Shown here in pieces: positions 33,320 through 46,149 of a stretch of DNA of 64,000 nt. The translations under genes and the position numbers were made by a program. The DNA is taken from positions 109,358,408-109,422,407 of the forward strand of contig NC_092379.1 in NCBI RefSeq assembly GCF_030028105.1, read 5' to 3'. The notes beneath the pieces were generated by a model. The model was not told the origin of the DNA. It searched no databases and was given only the letters and a program-made list of their open reading frames with translations. Position 1 is the stretch's first letter; the number at the start of each line of letters is the position of its first letter. Source of the stretch: Mobula birostris (lineage: Eukaryota).

Positions 33320-34425
33320 TAGAATCAGGATCAGATATCAGGGTCAGAATTAATTTTAATATCAGTACAATGCAATAGTACAAAAACTGTAAGTTACAAT
33401 AAGAAATAAATTAAGTAAGTAGTGCAAAAAGAGAGTCAAAAATAGATCGAGGTCGTGTTCATGGATTCATTGCCCATTCAGAAATCTGATGGCAGAGAGG
33501 AAGAAGCTGTTCCTGTAACATTGAATGCATGTCTTCAGGCTCCTGTACCTCCTCCTTTTGAAGGAGTCCTGGATGCTGGATCCTCCATCATGGAACTGAC
33601 AGGGTTTGCAACTTTCTGACCCTGTGCACTGGCCCCTCTATAAAAGCTGATGATGCAACCAGTTAGAATGCTCTCCATGGTACACATGCAGAAGTTTGAA
33701 ACTGTCTTTAGTGACATAGCAAGACTCCTCAAACTCCTAATGAAATATAGCTGCTGTTGTTTCTTCTTTGCAATTGCACTAATATAGATCCAGGATAGAT
33801 CTTCAGAGATGTTAATACCCAGGAACTTAAAATTGCTCATCCTTGTCTTCACTGATCCCTCGAAGAGGAATTGTATGTATTCATTTGACTTCCCCATCTT
33901 GAAGTCGACAATCTATTCCTTGGTCTTACTGATGTTGAGTGCAAGGTTGTTGTTGCGACACCACTCAACCAGCTGATCTATCTCACTCCTGTATGCCTCC
34001 TCGTCACCATCCGAAATTTGGCCAACGATAGTAGTGTCATTGGCATTTATAGATGACGTTTGAGCTGGTCCAAGCCATACAATTGTGGGAGTAGAGAGTA
34101 GAGCAATGGGTTAAGCACTCATTCTTAAAGTGCACTGGTGTTAACAGCAAGGAGGAGAAGTTATTTTCAATCCGCACTGAGTGTGCTCTCCTAGTGAGGA
34201 AGCCAAGAATCCAGTTGAAGCAGGAGGTGCAGAGGCCCAGGTTTTGGAGCTTGTTGATTAGAACTGAGGGTATGGCTATGTTGAAGTGTTGAATGCTGAG
34301 CTGTAGTCAATAAACAGCAGCCTGCTGTAGGTTTGCTATTGTCCAGGTGATCAGAGGCTGAGTGGAGAGCTAGTGAGATTGCATTTGCTATAGACCTATC
34401 GTGGCAATACCAAATTGCAGCAGGT
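33320..34425 (-). mobile_element. Rex1/Babar-clade LINE fragment
   Basis: NFKFLGINISEDLSW...KKKQQQLYFIRSL...ESILTGCI and DAISLALHSA..HLD-like RT region; (CTGAT)n-type tail. Confidence 0.88.
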
Positions 34426-34429
34426 CCAG

Positions 34430-34932
34430 CCAATCATGTGGCAGCAACTCAGTGCATAAAAGCATACAGACCTGGTCAAGAGGTTCAGTTATTGTTCAAA
34501 CCAAACATCAGAATGGTGAAAAAATGTGATCTAAGTAGCTTTAATTATGGAATGATTGTTGGTTCCAGACAGGGTGGTTTGAGTACCTCAGAAACCGTTG
34601 ATTTCCTGGGATTTCCATGCACAACAGTTTCTAGAGTTTACAGAGGGTCATGTGAAAAACAAAAACATCCAGTGAGCTGCAGTTCTGTGGGAGAGAAAGC
34701 CTTGTTGATGAGAGAGGTCAGAGGAGAATGGCCATATTGGTTCAAGATGACAGGAAGGCAACAGTATCTCAAATAAGTCACATTAGAACAATAATGTACA
34801 GAAGAGCATCTCTAAATGCACAACATGTCAAACCTTGAAATAGATGGGCTACAACAACAGAAGACAATAAATATACACAGAGTGGACATTTTATTTGGTA
34901 CAGGAGATACCGAATAAAGTTGCCTCTGAGTG
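34430..34932 (+). mobile_element. Non-autonomous Tc1 element (transposase N-terminal HTH only)
   Basis: MVKKCDLSSFNYGMIVGSRQGGLSTSETVDFLGFPCTTVSRVYR is a Tc1 paired-like HTH. Ends in a TIR-TIR hairpin (34876-34932) followed by TA. Confidence 0.88.
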
Positions 34933-35853
34933 TATGCCTTTACTCAATAGATTTCAATTGACAAACAACCTGCAAATCTTACCCTCAAGTGGGCACATAG
35001 TTGAGGCTCTGAAGTGTGTCTTACCGTGCTGGAACATTACTTCTGCTTGAGGAATTAAGAAAGTCTGGAATAAAGTTAAATTAAGATTTTTAAAAAATTT
35101 AATGCAAATAAACCATGGGCATCTATCGGAATAATGAACAGGAAAATTAGTTTATCAGTTTTTTTTTAGTATATATTCAATTTAAGCACTTCACAATAAA
35201 CCACAATTTCAATTTGGTAGTGCTGGAATTTGCTTTGAAGCCTTTTTTTGTTGATTTCCAGGCAGTTCTCTTGACTTATACTGCAATTTGACCTCAACGC
35301 ATTCAAAAGCCTACTTATGAATAACTTTATAACGATTGTGAACACTGCAGACTGGAATCCAAACCCCTTTCTTTTTAAATATATTATCCTCTAGAAAGCA
35401 AGACTGTGCCTAGAACAGGCAGATTGCCTATGAGTAAATGTTGATATTAATTTTATTTCATCTTTTCTTAAAGGTTTGCTTACTTTGTATGAATCGCAAA
35501 TGTTTTTTTTTGTGGCATGACCTGGCCAATTATAAACCAATTCATGTACGTTTTTGTCCATGTTTGACAGGAAGCAGAACTGGGCTGAGAAGTGGTAGAT
35601 GGAGTTCAACCCAGCGAATTGTGAAGTGATTCACTTTGGAAGGTCAGATTTGAAGGCGGAATACAGGGTTAATGGCAAGATTCTTGGCAGTGTGGGGGAA
35701 CAGAGGGGTCTTCGGTTCCTCATCCATGGATCCCTCAAAGTTGGCCTGCATGTTGATAGGTTGGTTAAGAAGACCTATGATGTGTTGGCCTTCATTAGTC
35801 AGGGGATTGAATTCAGGAACTGCAAGGTAATGTTGCAGCTCAATAAAACCCTG

Positions 35854-36282
35854 AAAGAATGTGTCTATATAAATAAATAACGGATGGGGTACGAGGGGGA
35901 GGTGGGGCATTAGCAGAAGTTTGAGAAGTCAATGTTCAATATACACACATTCTTTTTCTCTCTCTCCTTTTTCTCCCTCTGTCCCTCTCACTATACCCCT
36001 TGCCCACCTTCTGGGTTCCCCCCCCCCCCTTTTCTTTCTCCCTAGGTCTCCTGTCCCATGATCCTCTCATATCCCTTTGGCCAATCAACTGTCCAGCTCT
36101 TGGCTCCATCCCTCCCCCTCCTGTCTTCTCCTATCATTTTGGATCTCCCCCTCCCCCTCCCACTTTCAAATCTCTTACTAGCTCTTCTTTCAGTTAGTCC
36201 TGACGAAGGTTCTCAGCCCAAAACGTCGACTGTACCTCTTCCTAGAGATGCTGCCTGGCCTGCTGCGTTCACCAGCAATTTT
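35854..36282 (+). mobile_element. PLE pLTR insertion with an inverted 5' segment
   Basis: 35854-35938 is minus-oriented PLE sequence (end of GIY-YIG/start of pLTR). 35939-36282 is plus-oriented pLTR ending GATGCTGCCTGGCCTGCTGCGTTCACCAGC. Confidence 0.85.
36195..36232 (+). ncRNA. Hammerhead ribozyme motif (PLE), G12A decayed
   Basis: TAGTC CTGACGA AGGTTCTCAGCCC AAAA CGTC GACTG. Canonical CUGACGA, GUC triplet and stem I AGTC/GACT are retained. Confidence 0.7.
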
Positions 36283-38289
36283 GGAGAATGAGAGGTGACT
36301 TGTTAGAGGTGTTCAACATGATAAGAGGTTTAGATTGAGTGGATAGTTAGAAACCTTTTCCAAGGGCAGAAATGGCTAATACCAGAGAGTATACTTTTAA
36401 GGTTATTGGAGGAAAGAATACAGGTGGGGGGGGGGGGAAATGTCAGTGGTTAAGTTCTTTACACAGAGAGTTGTGAGTGCATGGAACACCCTGCCAGGGG
36501 TGGTGAAAGAAGCAAGTCTATTAGGGGCATTTAAGAAACTCTTAGATAGGCATATGGAAGATAGAAAATGGAGAGCTATGTACAGTAGGAGGGAAGGAAT
36601 GGATTGATCTTAGAGTAGGTTAAAAAATTGGCACAACATTGTGGGCCAAAATGCCTGTAATCTCCTAAGGCGTTCTATAGTGTTTTATGTAAGTCTATCA
36701 CTCTACCTCATATTTAAAGAACCTACAGACCTCAGTCCACCATATCCACACTCTTATCCAAAAATGATTAGCCCCACAACCTCTCCCGTGACCCTGACTG
36801 AGAGGAGTAGGTTAATACAAGAAGTGAGTATGTTGGTACCTGATTCAACCAAAGCAAGTTACCCTATCTAGTAATACTCCCAAGAGACAATAGTCATTAT
36901 ACCTGCCTCCTTAATATGACCCAGAAACAGATAATACCATAAGCACTAAATATTATACTGTCAAACATAAAAGAATAGATTTCAAAGCTAGATTCTTGCC
37001 AGAAAATAGAGCAATAGCACCCAGATAATCAAAAGGAAAGATACTGTTATTTTTCCATTGATTGGGATGCTGATATCTGTGGATTCCCAGCCAAAAGAGG
37101 TTGTGGAGTGTTTGTGGTGTATGGACTGGCCACAAGTACCCATAGTTAAGCACATGTAAAGAGATTTTGGATTTCTCTATCAAAATAAAAACGCAAATTG
37201 GCATGATCAGGGGAATCAGGAGCTAAGTGACTTCAAGTTTAAAATGTTTCAGGACTGGAAGTTCCACCAAGTGCCAAGTGACAAGGGAGTGTGGGAACTG
37301 GGGATGGTTAGTGTGGAGAAGATGGCACCATGGTGTGAAAAGGTATGTGAGAGTGAAGGAAGTGGTGCAAATATTAGCTGGTGAGCCAGATGCTGAACCA
37401 TTGGATAGTGGATTATCAGAGTTTTGCTGTTGGTTATCTTAAAATATATACATCCTGAACATTGTCTGATAGGGTTAGGTAGAGAGAGATGGAGAAGGAA
37501 GAGGGGAGAGGGAAAGTGAGAGAGAAAAAATTTCAACATTATTCTCAGCTACAATTCTCTCCTTCATATGAGTACTCTTGACTTCGTCACACAACAATCT
37601 ATTCAGACAGGCTTTTTAATAATCAAAAAGGCAACTTGCTGACTAAAAATACAAGGCATTGGGATCAGCAAGTATTCATTCTGAAGTTCATAAACTTAGC
37701 AGAGAAGAACTTCAGTCATGAATCCATAACCTCACCTTCTACGTCTGGGTAGAGGATGACATGGCCAGGGGACTTCAGAGATGATTAAGGAAGGAGGCAA
37801 ATATGGCAGAAGGACACCTTAGCCATCACCCCCCAGTAGCTTAAGAGATCGTGCTGCAGTTGCAATGTGGAACACATCTATCCAGAGGCTTGGTGGACCT
37901 GATAATTTCAAGAGAAATGCAAGGAGCAGCACCATCAATGATGCCTTTTTCAATCACTCCAAAACCCTTGGTTCCATCATTTGAGAGAGACCGTGGAGTA
38001 CTCCCCTCAAATCTGACTGACACCATATTACTTCAATCTTCATGATAACCTGCAAGCCACGTTCCTAATCAATGGCTGTGTAACAGACTAATCTCAACAT
38101 ATCAGTATCAAGCAAAGCCTTGTTTTTTGGACTTTTTTTAACCTTCATGATGTAGCTCATCTCCAAAGTGGAATTAATCTATAGAACTAGTGGGCAATTG
38201 TTCAACTTACCTCGCCCCCATGCTGGCAACAAAACCAGTAGTCAAGTTGTAGTGTGCTTATGACACGTTCATTCATTAAGGAGACATTG

Positions 38290-38500
38290 AGTGGCATTGT
38301 GGTGAAGCTAGGAGAACTAGTCTCACAGGACCAGAGATCTGGGTTCAATCATGACCTGATGTCTGGAGTTTGCATCTTCTTCCTGTGACCATATGGGTTT
38401 CCTCTGGTTTCCTCAATATCCAAAATACATATTAGTTAGTTGGTTAATTGACTATTGCAAATGGATCCTAGTGTGTGGTAGAATCTGGAGGTTGTTGAAT
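38290..38500 (+). mobile_element. V-SINE
   Basis: B-box GGGTTCAATC, then GGAGTTTGCA...GGGTTTCCTCTGGTTTCCTC V-domain. Confidence 0.75.
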
Positions 38501-40504
38501 AAAGGTGCAGATGTGCATTTTGAAGGACGCTGGGTATAGGGTCATGTGAAAACAGCCATTTCCCCTTATTGTTCAGCAGTAAACAATGGACTGTTGTGGT
38601 AGGAAACAGTATTGTAACTAAACATTCTGGTATAACACTGCAACTTTCTAATTCTGGAAGGAAACATTATGAATTTTAGGATCTCTACATAATGAGAGAC
38701 AACTTCAATATTCTTAATGGTGCTCAGCTGTCTGAACGGAAATATAATCCTAAAATTTTGATGACTAATCCATTCCAGGATATTAGCATTCTTTATTTAA
38801 AGAAATTCATTTCTTTTTACTAGAATATTAGTCAACCAAAACTATTTAATACTGATTAAGTCTGATCATCTTTAGATGCTGCTGTGCATAGTGTGTGCCA
38901 CGCATGAGAAGTATATCTGGCAGATAAAATTCCAGATAAGGCAATTCTGTTTTTATTCTTAAGACAAAATGAATAAGTGACCAGTGTGGCCCTGCCTGAC
39001 TTTGTAATCTAGTCATTACAAAAAGTTGCTTTTTACTTGGTTGACAGCTGGTAATTCTGAAATTCAACAGTGGATTAGACTTCATTGGATGTTATATGCA
39101 AACATGGGATGGATAAAAAGAAGCTGTAAAATTTTCCACATAGATGATTCTTTACCATCATTCGCTATCCAAGCCCGCTTGAGTGGTGGAGTTGAACTAC
39201 AGTAAATGCTAATACCCACAGAAAAACACATTGGAGGAGCAATAAATGTGCTTAAATTGCAACTTCTAATTGTGCATCATCTCCAGAATTTATGGCAACT
39301 TTCTAGGCATTAACTTCTGATCAATCTCTTCATGCCTTAAAATGGATTGTACTAGCCCATAATATAAATTATAGAATACTCCATGCCCAACATTGCCATG
39401 GGTTTAATTATTAACAAATTGTTTGATTAGTCAACATTCAGATTATTGATAACACCAATTTCATTATGAGAACAAGTTTGTACTATAGATTTTGCTAGAA
39501 TATTATGTGGATGAGCCTTTGATTCTGAAAGTGATTTAAATTAGGTCTTCAGTCCACCAATACCTGGTTTTTGAAGATTCATTCAGGCTTAAGGTATGAA
39601 AAGTTCCAAATATAAAGTCAGAAGCTTTGGATTGATTGTATCCTTGAACATGAGACAATGGTTCATAGCAACAATTTACCATAACGTAATGGATAATGAA
39701 GCAGTGAGGAATATAATTGGATTCATCACTAGGCAAAACTGAATTACGCTGAATTGGATCAGTATGTTGTGAAATCCATAACCGTAGAAGAATGTATATG
39801 AAACAGAAGAATATACTTTTGACAAAATGTGTTTGAAACATAATGAATTCCAAAATAATTCTCATTTGCAACAAACTATATCAATTAGTAAATTTAGCAG
39901 AAAATAAAAGTCAGACTTTTGATGTAAACAGGTTGCTGCCAGCATGTTTCTTTTAAACTTCACTGCTCAAAATTAATGTTGACATTAAAAGCATTTTATA
40001 ATCTAGATGACAGATGTTTGATGTGGAACATTTTGCTACTGAGAGCTAGGGCTGCTCATGTCCGTAAAGACCATAAATTGACTTCTTTCCATCTGCATTC
40101 TTTGACTGTGTGTAACATGGTTCAGTCTGTAATCTCAAGTCAATGTGGAAGTTCAGTGAAAGTAAGAAAGGGAAGAAGCATCAGTGTTCATTCTGAAACG
40201 TCAGTTCATACATTTTCATGGAAGTTAATTGATTTAATGAGAACAAGGCACCAAAATGAGCACCTGATAAAGTTTTCAGCTGTGCAGTAGTAAGGAATCC
40301 CACAGCAAAAGGTACATAATAAGTATCTAGTGCAGGGTAAGTCTGCTGAGCTCATACTGGGTGATACTAGAAGTACTGAAATTGGTAGCATATTGAATGG
40401 GTGCATTCACTCTTCAATATAAGATCAGTGTATCTCCCTCTGTTTTGTTTCTGGTTCAGTCTGTCTTCAGGAATCAAGCAAGATTTGTTAAAGTTCAGTG
40501 TTTT

Positions 40505-40912
40505 AAAACCATAAAACCAAAAGACATACTGTTGGAGCAACATTGGGCCATTTGGCTTATTGAGTCTGTTCCGACATTCCATCATGGCTGATTTATTATC
40601 CCTCTCATTACCACTCTCTTGCCATCTTCCAGTGACCTTTAACATCCTAACTAATTAAAAACCTATCAATCCCTGCTTTGAATATACCCAAAGGTTTGGC
40701 ATACACAATGTTTGTGGCAATGGATTCCATGGATTCACCACCCTCTGCTAAAGAATTTCATCCTTATTTCTGTTCTAAAGGGACATCCTTCTATTCTGAG
40801 GGTGTGCCCTTTGGTCCTAGACTTCCCTGGTAAAGGAACCATCCTCATTCATTCTACCTAGGGCTTCCAATACTGAATAGGTTTCAATGAGATGCCTCCT
40901 CATTTTTCTTAA
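40505..40912 (-). mobile_element. CR1 3' end
   Basis: Homologous to 27594-28020 and 23580-23990. Confidence 0.88.
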
Positions 40913-41719
40913 CTAAAGATTACTGTTACGATTCAGCTAAGGCAAAAACATATCCCAGACTATAGATCTCCAATTGCTTGGTCAAGTTCAGTATTCTAAC
41001 AGTATTTACCTATGATGCCGGCAATGCACATGAAGATTACTATTCACTAAGTGCATTGGAACAATACTATACTTCTCATAAGTCTGTCCTCCTTCATACA
41101 GTAAAGATAAGAGATAGGCTTGGCATCACCTCATTATAAACTTTGCCCCCAGGTGCTGTCCTGCACTGTGAAACTTTGATTCCGGGATAGAAAGAAGAAA
41201 TAAAACCCACAAACCTGGCTGAAGCAATACTGTACTCGATATTTGTAAAGCGGTATGTACAATTAAAAATGTAAGAAGCACGCTTCATTCCAACACAATG
41301 ATCGCTGATTATACTTTCAATACTGCCCCAGATTGCTATTCGAAGTAGATATTGTGATACAGAACTTTATAATGAAATGTGAATAAACCAAAACAGCTTG
41401 AACTGAAATGTGACACTCTTTTCCACACTGCCTCAGAAAGATGTAATTAAATACTCTGGTATAAAAGTCACAGCCAAATCCAAACACGCCAGTCATCCAG
41501 TTCAGCTTTCCTGTTCACCGTGGGGCTCAAAGGTCAGTCTTCACATTCCTGGGTTTTCCATGTGACTGTCTCTTTTACAAGCTGGATAACTGGAGTAACT
41601 CTCGATGCTACAGGAACATTAATATTCCAGTGTCACATGAAACTAAAATGTTACCACTCACTAGTGGTAAGTGGTGGAGTAGGTGGTGACTCAGTTTGTA
41701 GTGCTCTCATTATTTAGTT

Positions 41720-42190
41720 GGAGTCATAACAGAAACAGATCTTTCAGCAATGCCGAACTGTTACGAAGCCTGGTCACATCAAAACGCACCTCAACCATAG
41801 ACTCCCATTCCACACTAGCACCAACCTCTGCGTGAAGAAGTTCTCCCTTAAATATTTTACCCTTCATCTTTAACGTATAACCTCTAGTTCTAGTCTCTCC
41901 CAACCTCAGTGCAACAAGCCTGCTTTCATATACCCAATCTATACTTCTCAATCTTGTATATCTCTATCAAATCTTCTCTAGTTTTCCTGTGCTCTAGGGA
42001 ACTAAGCACTAACCTATTCAACCTTTCACTATATCTCGTGTCTTCATGTCCTGGCAAATATCCTTGTAAATCTTCAATCTTATTGATAAATTTCCTGTAG
42101 GCAGGTGACCAGGACTGCGTACAATACTACAAATAAGGCCTCACCAACACCTAAGACAACTTCAACATAACCCCTGTACTCAATACTTAG
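41720..42190 (-). mobile_element. CR1 3' fragment
   Basis: ETRTRGYTLKMKG-like peptide; TTGGTGAGGCCTTATTTGTAGTATTG (LVRPxLEY region) on the minus strand. Confidence 0.8.
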
Positions 42191-42394
42191 ATTACTTTGT
42201 GGGCTCACTCCGGCCTCATATATGGGAGCACAAAGGTCAGGTCTGAACTGCGGGAGTGCTGCAACACTATAGATTTTGTCTGATCACAAGTGAGTGTTAC
42301 TAATACGAAGCAGCCTCTGCAAAGAAGCTGTGTTCTGCTGGCTGTCTTGTTGCCCATTACCCACTCAGAGGAGGAGTTTAACATTCCGGAAAGG

Positions 42395-42720
42395 GTGTGC
42401 ATCAGGGGATAAACCAGCTCACTGGTTTCAATGATCCAGACTCTAGGCCGTGGGGATAGGATAATGCTGGCCTTAATGTGTCAATAGGGTGTCCATCCAC
42501 TGGGAAACATAGCACACAGGCCTTACCTTGACCTCATCAGATATTCCCATTCTGCCATAACTGTGTTGATATCAAGAGGAATAGTTTCATTGATCACCAT
42601 GGAATCCTTCTCTATGCATTTTCCAATCAAATCACTAAGCACAGAGCTGGGCACAGAATATTTGCAATAGTAATTTAACACTTGTATATTCTGCTATTGG
42701 GACCAGTGGGTTAAACCAGC
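42395..42720. repeat. Unclassified ancient repeat, copy 1
   Basis: Collinear blocks shared with 43613-43930: TGCATCAG..GATAAACCAGCT, GTGTCAATAGG, TCACCATGGA, AAGCA.AGAGCTGGG, TTTAACACTT. Confidence 0.75.
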
Positions 42721-43189
42721 AGCCATTCAGACCTCAGCAAGTCTTGGATTTTGCAGAGTGTTTAGCCAGGTGTTGGACTTCAGGTGCAGGTGCATCTGAC
42801 CTCCTCCTTTGGTGCTGGGCTCACTGCTTAACCCCTTTCTGATGTGATGGAGAAAGTGGATAGGGGAACTATTCGAGCTGTAACGCAGGGCGAGCCAGTG
42901 TGGAATTCATTTTCCCGTGGAGAATAGTATTCTATTTTAGTTTTATTTAATGTTTTAATTAGTTGTCAGCATTTCAATTTGTTTTCATATTTTTAACTAC
43001 TTAACTATTAGAAACATCTACAACATGTTTAAAAGCTTCCTGGGGAAGCTGCAGGGCCTTAGACCCAACCCTCGTGTCTCTGCAGGATATCTTACAGGTA
43101 CAGAAGCTTAGCTTGTCCCACCTTCAATAACCAGAATATTACGTCTGGGCAGTCAGGATTTCCAGGCAGCCTGGCAGGTCCCAGTTGCC

Positions 43190-43345
43190 CTAACACAGTA
43201 ATTATCCCACAAACAACATCTGACAAACATAATCTGGCATTTATCTCATTGATGTTTTGCGAAACTTGCTACATGCATAGTGAGTTTTGCAATTTTTGCA
43301 CTATCTCAGTGACATCATGCAAGGCACAATGTAAATACGCTCCTG
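43190..43345 (+). mobile_element. Deu-domain SINE 3' remnant
   Basis: TTATCCCACAAACAACATC...ATCTGGCATTTATCTCATTGATGTTT...ACTTGCT. Confidence 0.5.
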
Positions 43346-43612
43346 TTTTCTATAATATAACAGCTTCCCCAAAAATGCAGAATGTTTGAATATTCATTTT
43401 ACTCAGCAGTTTAAAACTCGTCACCATCAGCCTTCTTTCGACCTGTAGATTGTTTACTTTGGTGGCTGGTTATGATTCAGATCTGGAGCTGAAGCACCAG
43501 AAGCTATGTTTAAAGCACAATTAATTTGCTTCCTGCTCTCTTTAGCTGGCTGCCCCTGCTGCCCATTGCTCCCTCGGAGGAGCAGTTTAAAATTCAAGAA
43601 AGTAGGACTGGT

Positions 43613-43930
43613 ATGTGCATCAGCAGATAAACCAGCTGACCAATACCAGCCAGCCAGAGTCTTGGTTATGGCTATAGGATAGAGCTGAAGTGTCAATAGG
43701 CTGTTTATCCATGGAGGACAAAGCACGGCAGCCTGATCCTGACACAACTAATACCTTCATTTGTACTGATAGCAAAAGCAATAGTTCGATTTTTCACCAT
43801 GGAGTCTTTCTGTTACGCCTTTTGCAAGCAACTCACAAGCATAGAGCTGGGAGCTACTGAGGCAACAGAGACCATGCTTCAGAAGTTTAACACTTTTGTA
43901 TTCTAGCACTGTGATCAGAATTTATTAACT
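43613..43930. repeat. Unclassified ancient repeat, copy 2
   Basis: Same-orientation diverged homologue of 42395-42720. Confidence 0.75.
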
Positions 43931-45384
43931 AGAATCTGATTTAATTTATTAATTCATTTCAGTGTTAAAATACAATGGGGTAAGATAGTTAATACTGAAA
44001 ATCAAAAGGAACCTCTCGTCAGAGTCTCCCTGTTTAAAAGTAGCTTCTGTACTGTGCCTTCAGCACTAAAGGGTTACAGTAAATGAGGCACAGCTAGATG
44101 AGGATGCCCTTATTTAGTCAGTGAGGAGGAACAGCCCATGGATCAGAATAGGACTCTGTCCCAGCTCAGAGGAAAGAAAAACTGTGCAACTCTCATTCAG
44201 AGATCAAACAGCAAGTCCAGTCAGATCATTATCAGGGGATTTATGCAGATTGCAAGAGCAAATACAGTGCACAAATCATTCCTCCTGTTGGACATGGGAA
44301 GCAAGAAACATGTGCAGTTAAGGATCGAGGCAGCATCATGACTCCTCAACAGAGTAACGGAGACCAGAGGAAACAAAAAGAACGTGGAAGTGACATGTTT
44401 GGAAAATCAGAGATGGAAAAGGTTGGTTTGAAAAGATAATTCCCAGCCACAGAGGTAAACTTTCAAGAAGATCAAGTGTCAAGGTAGTTTTTTAGATAAG
44501 GAATTAAGTTAGAGTTTGAAGTAGCATGAGTTTTTATCCTTTATATATTTATATATCCCATGAAATATTCTTTTTAATATAAATGATGTAGAATATCAGT
44601 TTTAAGAAGCCTAAACTGCTACAGTTGTCTATCAACAGCAAGTTAAATTGAAATGCAGGAAGAACCCATTTGAATTTTTTGGACAGTGCTTTTAATATGT
44701 TCAGTCAGGTTAAACTAACGAAATTACAGGAAAATAAATGGCAGTAATGAATATTTTATGAACTATTTCCAGTGTGATGATAGTACTGAAACTTTTCAAA
44801 TGCTCAACTCATTGATAATTTACTGGTAACTTCATTAGTCTACAAACTATTTGTAGATTCGTCAGTTAATGTGGTTAACCCACTGTTGACTTATGGACTG
44901 TTTTATTTGTGTGGCTGACCCATGAGTAACTTATGGTATTCATTATTTTAAACCGCATTTGCAAACATCCTCTGTGACATTTCATTCTACAGAGAGTGGT
45001 TTACTGTAGTTATTGTTGCTGTATATTGTCCACTACTGTATTTTCAGAATATATATATATTTAATGAATAATTTTACCATCTGGTGTGGGAAAGAGGCTC
45101 CAGTTATAACCAGGAAACTTTCCCAGGATCTTTGGGATCTTTGTGGGGAGAATGTGAAACCATCTTGTGGCCCATTTGTTTCAGGTTACAATTTTCTTTG
45201 TCGTAATCCTACAGTCAAGTTGAAAATGTTGCTCAAAAATTTACCGGAGTCTGTTTTTGGTACTTTAAGCTTGCTTTTGATGTGTGGAGGAACAACAAAT
45301 ATTTGTTTGATGATCTTGTGCTGGAAAAGTCAGAAGCCCAGGTATTGTGCACAAGTTGAATGGTTTTGTGGAAGGTCAGAACTT

Positions 45385-46085
45385 CGGACAATCTGCCTCG
45401 TTACGACCTTATACCTTATTGTCTATCTGCATTGCACTTTGTCTGTAACTGCCAAGAAAGCTCACCAGTCCCTCTAATTTCTCAGGACGCTAAAGAAATT
45501 AGATGTGTCCCCTTTGACCCTCACCAGTTTTTAACAATGCATCATCGGAAGCATCCTTACCAGATACACTGTGGCTTGGTATGGCAAATGCTTTACCTAT
45601 GACCGCAAGAAACTGCAGAGAGTTGTGGACACAGCTCAGCACATCACAGAAGCTGTGGATTCTATTTATGCTTCTCACTACCTCAGTAAATCAGCCAGCA
45701 TAATCAAAGACCCCACTCATTCCAGATATTCTCTGTCCTCCCCCTGCACAAGCCCCCACCAGGCAGAAGATACAGCAGTCTGAAAGCACACATCACCAGG
45801 CTGAAGGACAGCTTGTTTCCCACTGTTTTAAGACTATTGCATGATTCCCAGTTCCCTGTACAAGAAGGTGGAGCTTTGGCCTCACAATCTACCTTGTTCT
45901 GCCCTTGCAGTTTATTACCCTACTGCCTTGCACTTTCTCTGCAACTGTATTGTGGATTCTGTTATTGTTTTACCTTCCACTACCTCAATGCACTGTTGTA
46001 ATGAATATATGTATCTGTGTGAATGGTAAGCAAGAGAAGTTTTTCACTGTACCTCGAACATGTGACTATAATAAACCACTTTACC
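45385..46085 (+). mobile_element. Rex1/Babar-clade LINE 3' end
   Basis: AKKAHQSL.FLR..K; AWYGKC...DRKKLQRVVDTAQHIT...SIIKDPTH; tail TTTTCACTGTACCTCG..CATGTGAC.ATAATAAACC. Confidence 0.88.
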
Positions 46086-46149
46086 AATTAATTTACTAAT
46101 TTATCAATCTGCCATTATGAAGAACACAAAGAGAACCAAATACTGTATC

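Larger units (their letters stand above)
35575..36692 (+). mobile_element. CR1 3' portion interrupted by a PLE fragment
   Basis: MEFNPANCEVIHFGR...LAFISQGIEF (35599-35853); resumes at about 36283 (RMRGDLLEVF) through the tail. Confidence 0.88.

Noticed and set aside
42395-43930. LTR retrotransposon bounded by the direct repeats
   Set aside because: No TG...CA ends, PBS, PPT or TSD seen, and no gag/pol remnants between them.
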